From an uncultured Acidimicrobiales bacterium (GTDB taxonomy: Bacteria > Actinomycetota > Acidimicrobiia > Acidimicrobiales > UBA10347): 64,000 bases of DNA. Position 1 is the first letter of the stretch. Each line of letters starts with the position of its first letter. This document shows, in pieces, positions 62,027 through 64,000 of this stretch. The position numbers and the translations under genes are program-made. Where the stretch lies: assembly GCA_943788915.1 (NCBI GenBank), contig CALSSD010000005.1, forward strand, positions 620,001 through 684,000, given 5' to 3'. The notes below the pieces were generated by a model. The model ran no database searches, was not told the origin of the DNA, and was given only the letters and a program-made list of their open reading frames with translations.

Positions 62027-62410
62027 ATGATTCGTAAAATGCTGACAGTCACTACTGTCATCGCAGCTCTTTTGTTGAGCGTTCTGTCTTTCGGTGGTCT
62101 CACCGCTGACGCTGGTCCTACGTGCAGCTACGAGCAGGCCATCAACTCAGAGTGCGCCGACGCCCAAGCTTACCCTGGCCCGTTCACCAACATGCCTGCA
62201 TCTCCTACTGGGCCTTACGGTCTGGGCACACTTAACCCAGCTGCTGGTGCGGCCCCTGCAGCTCCTGCTGCCAGTGACGGGGTTGCTGGTCTGGCTCAAA
62301 CCGGTAGCGAAAGCGCTGTCCTCGCATACGCCGGTGCCGGCCTCATCGCCTTCGGCGCGGTAGCTCTCGGCAGCCGTCGCAGGTTCTTCCAAGGTACGCT
62401 CGAAGTCTGA
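62027..62410 (+). CDS. Small secreted protein with a sortase-type LAxTG cell-wall sorting signal
   Basis: Signal peptide; Cys pair; LAQTG + hydrophobic helix + RRR tail; GAGGA RBS. Confidence 0.8.
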   Translation: MIRKMLTVTTVIAALLLSVLSFGGLTADAGPTCSYEQAINSECADAQAYPGPFTNMPASPTGPYGLGTLNPAAGAAPAAPAASDGVAGLAQTGSESAVLAYAGAGLIAFGAVALGSRRRFFQGTLEV

Positions 62411-62421
62411 GCGTGTGCGCT

Positions 62422-62492
62422 GACGTAACGTAAGTTGCGTCGATCTTCAAGAAACCCTCGAAGCTGACGACGGTCAGCAACGGGGGTTTCTT
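62422..62492 (+). terminator. Tandem hairpins downstream of the LAQTG gene
   Basis: GACGTAAC-GTAA-GTTGCGTC, then AAGAAACCCTCG..GCTGAC-GACG-GTCAGC..CGGGGGTTTCTT. Confidence 0.55.
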
Positions 62493-62738
62493 GCCGTTTT
62501 GCGCTGAAATTCACGCCCAGCTAGTTGTGCGGACCATCACTCCAACTGACTGCCTGCACCTGCTGGTGCAGGCAGTCAGTGTCGTTCTACGTAGAGATCA
62601 GGATCTCTACATCTGCAGCGGCGAACGAGAAGAGCCGACGGAAGCGCGGGACCCAGATACAGGGGAAACAAGGTCCGACGAAGGCCGGCGGCAGACGAGC
62701 GGTGCACCACTGTCGCACCTCCGTGCCATGATGAGCGG

Positions 62739-62923
62739 TGTGGATCCCAACGTTGACGAGTTACACCCAAAAAACTGGACCTCGAGACTTTCCACATACG
62801 GCTGTGCAAATTCCCCATCTCGACCACCACAATCCCCATTTCATGGGGTTGTATCCCCTTTTGCCTTATGGGTTTTCCCCTCTTATCTGTGGAAATCAAC
62901 AGGCAATCCACTACTGATCCACA
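62739..62923. promoter_or_regulatory. DnaA-box cluster upstream of dnaB
   Basis: One-mismatch matches to TTWTNCACA at 62788(+), 62803(-), 62888(-) and 62915(+), plus weaker ones at 62739 and 62761. Confidence 0.65.
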
Positions 62924-62947
62924 GCCAAACGCGGGCAAGGTGGAGCA

Positions 62948-64000
62948 GTGAATCAGCCTGTTGAGAACTACGGCACGTCGAGCAACGTTCGACCCATGCC
63001 CGTGCCCGTCACCGCCAAGGTGCCGCCACAAAACATCGAAGCCGAAGCCTCGTTGCTCGGTGCCATGCTGCTCACCGTCGACGCCATTATCGACGCCACC
63101 CAGATCGTCGAAGCCGGCCATTTCTACAAGCCAGTGCATCAATCGATCTTCTCGGCCATCACCTCGTTGTACGGTCAGGGCGAAGCTGTCGACGTCATCA
63201 CGGTCAACGATGAACTCAAGCGTGCCGGCGTCGATGATTCGGTCGCCAACACCGGTGCCCTCATGTCATTGTCCGCTGGCACACCAGCGGCGACCAATGC
63301 ATCCCACTACGCCCGGATCGTCTACGAACACGCGATTTTGCGCTCGCTGATCACCACGGCCCATGAAATTGCCGAGATTGGCTACTCCCAACCCGTGGAT
63401 GTCCAGCAGGCAGTCGACGAGGCCGAAACCATGGTCTTTAATGTCGCTCAGGGCCGGGTCACCGACTCCATGGCGTTCATGCATGACCTACTGGGCGAAA
63501 CCCTCGATGACATCGAGGCGCTGTATGACCGAGGCGATGCCATTACCGGAACGCCGACTGGTTTCATCGATCTCGACGAACTCACTGCGGGACTGCAGCC
63601 GAGCAGCCTCATTGTTGTCGGCGCTCGCCCGGCAATGGGAAAGACCAGCTTTGCGCTCAACATCGTGGCTCATGCTTCGATGGTTGAACAACGACCGGTT
63701 CTGCTGTTCTCACTTGAAATGAGCAAACTTGAGCTCAGCAAACGCATGCTGGTCTCCGAGGCCAAGGTCGACGCCACCAGCATCCGCAATGGCCGTCTCA
63801 AGGACGAGGATTGGACCAAATTGGCCCAGGCGATGGGACGACTTGGTAAAGCCCAACTATGGATCGACGATGACCCGAACATCACCGTCATGGATATCCG
63901 AGCCAAGGCTCGGCGGTTGAAGAGCAAGGTTGGCGATATGGGTATGGTCGTCGTCGACTATTTGCAGCTCATGTCGGGCCGAGCCAGCGCAGAAAACCGT
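62948..64000 (+). CDS. dnaB: Replicative DNA helicase (partial, runs off the window)
   Basis: VPPQNIEAEASLLGAML, GARPAMGKT, FSLEM and VVDYLQLM motifs; GGAG RBS before GTG 62948. Confidence 0.96.
   Translation, partial: MNQPVENYGTSSNVRPMPVPVTAKVPPQNIEAEASLLGAMLLTVDAIIDATQIVEAGHFYKPVHQSIFSAITSLYGQGEAVDVITVNDELKRAGVDDSVANTGALMSLSAGTPAATNASHYARIVYEHAILRSLITTAHEIAEIGYSQPVDVQQAVDEAETMVFNVAQGRVTDSMAFMHDLLGETLDDIEALYDRGDAITGTPTGFIDLDELTAGLQPSSLIVVGARPAMGKTSFALNIVAHASMVEQRPVLLFSLEMSKLELSKRMLVSEAKVDATSIRNGRLKDEDWTKLAQAMGRLGKAQLWIDDDPNITVMDIRAKARRLKSKVGDMGMVVVDYLQLMSGRASAENR

Noticed and set aside
62948..64000. Intein in DnaB
   Set aside because: The visible part is uninterrupted through the P-loop and DYLQL; later insertion sites are outside the window

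Overview
GC-rich actinobacterial chromosome segment. The gene content and protein style suggest Acidimicrobiia (inference). It looks origin-proximal: it carries the crgA-trpG-pknB-pbpA-rodA-pstP-fhaB-fhaA-tRNA-Leu cluster and ends in a DnaA-box cluster followed by the 5' part of dnaB. Most genes are housekeeping: hisC, pheA, acyl-ACP desaturase, galK, polyprenyl synthase, amtB, PIN-PhoH, cobS, AddAB-like, SbcCD, upp, a two-component pair, maf and dusB, plus four tRNAs. The most notable item is a ~3.5 kb four-gene cassette between tRNA-Ser(GCT) and tRNA-Arg(ACG). It encodes a stand-alone PqqD/RRE protein, a P-loop-less HprK-like pseudokinase and two HprK-like kinase-PqqD fusions, with no visible precursor, cyclase or peptidase. 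Other signals: a dispersed intergenic palindrome family (core TCCCC-T-GGGGA, 4 copies); a TGTCAC-N10-[TC]AnnnT promoter (PafBC-like) shared by addBA, sbcDC and a DUF2786 gene; a membrane-anchored Mrr-like nuclease coupled to addA; a six-site 11-bp-phased GlnR-like array and a 47-bp structured direct repeat upstream of amtB; and a DUF4012 plus LAQTG surface-protein pair. About nine apparent reading-frame disruptions in unrelated genes are most likely consensus errors. All family assignments come from motif recognition by eye; no database searches were run.
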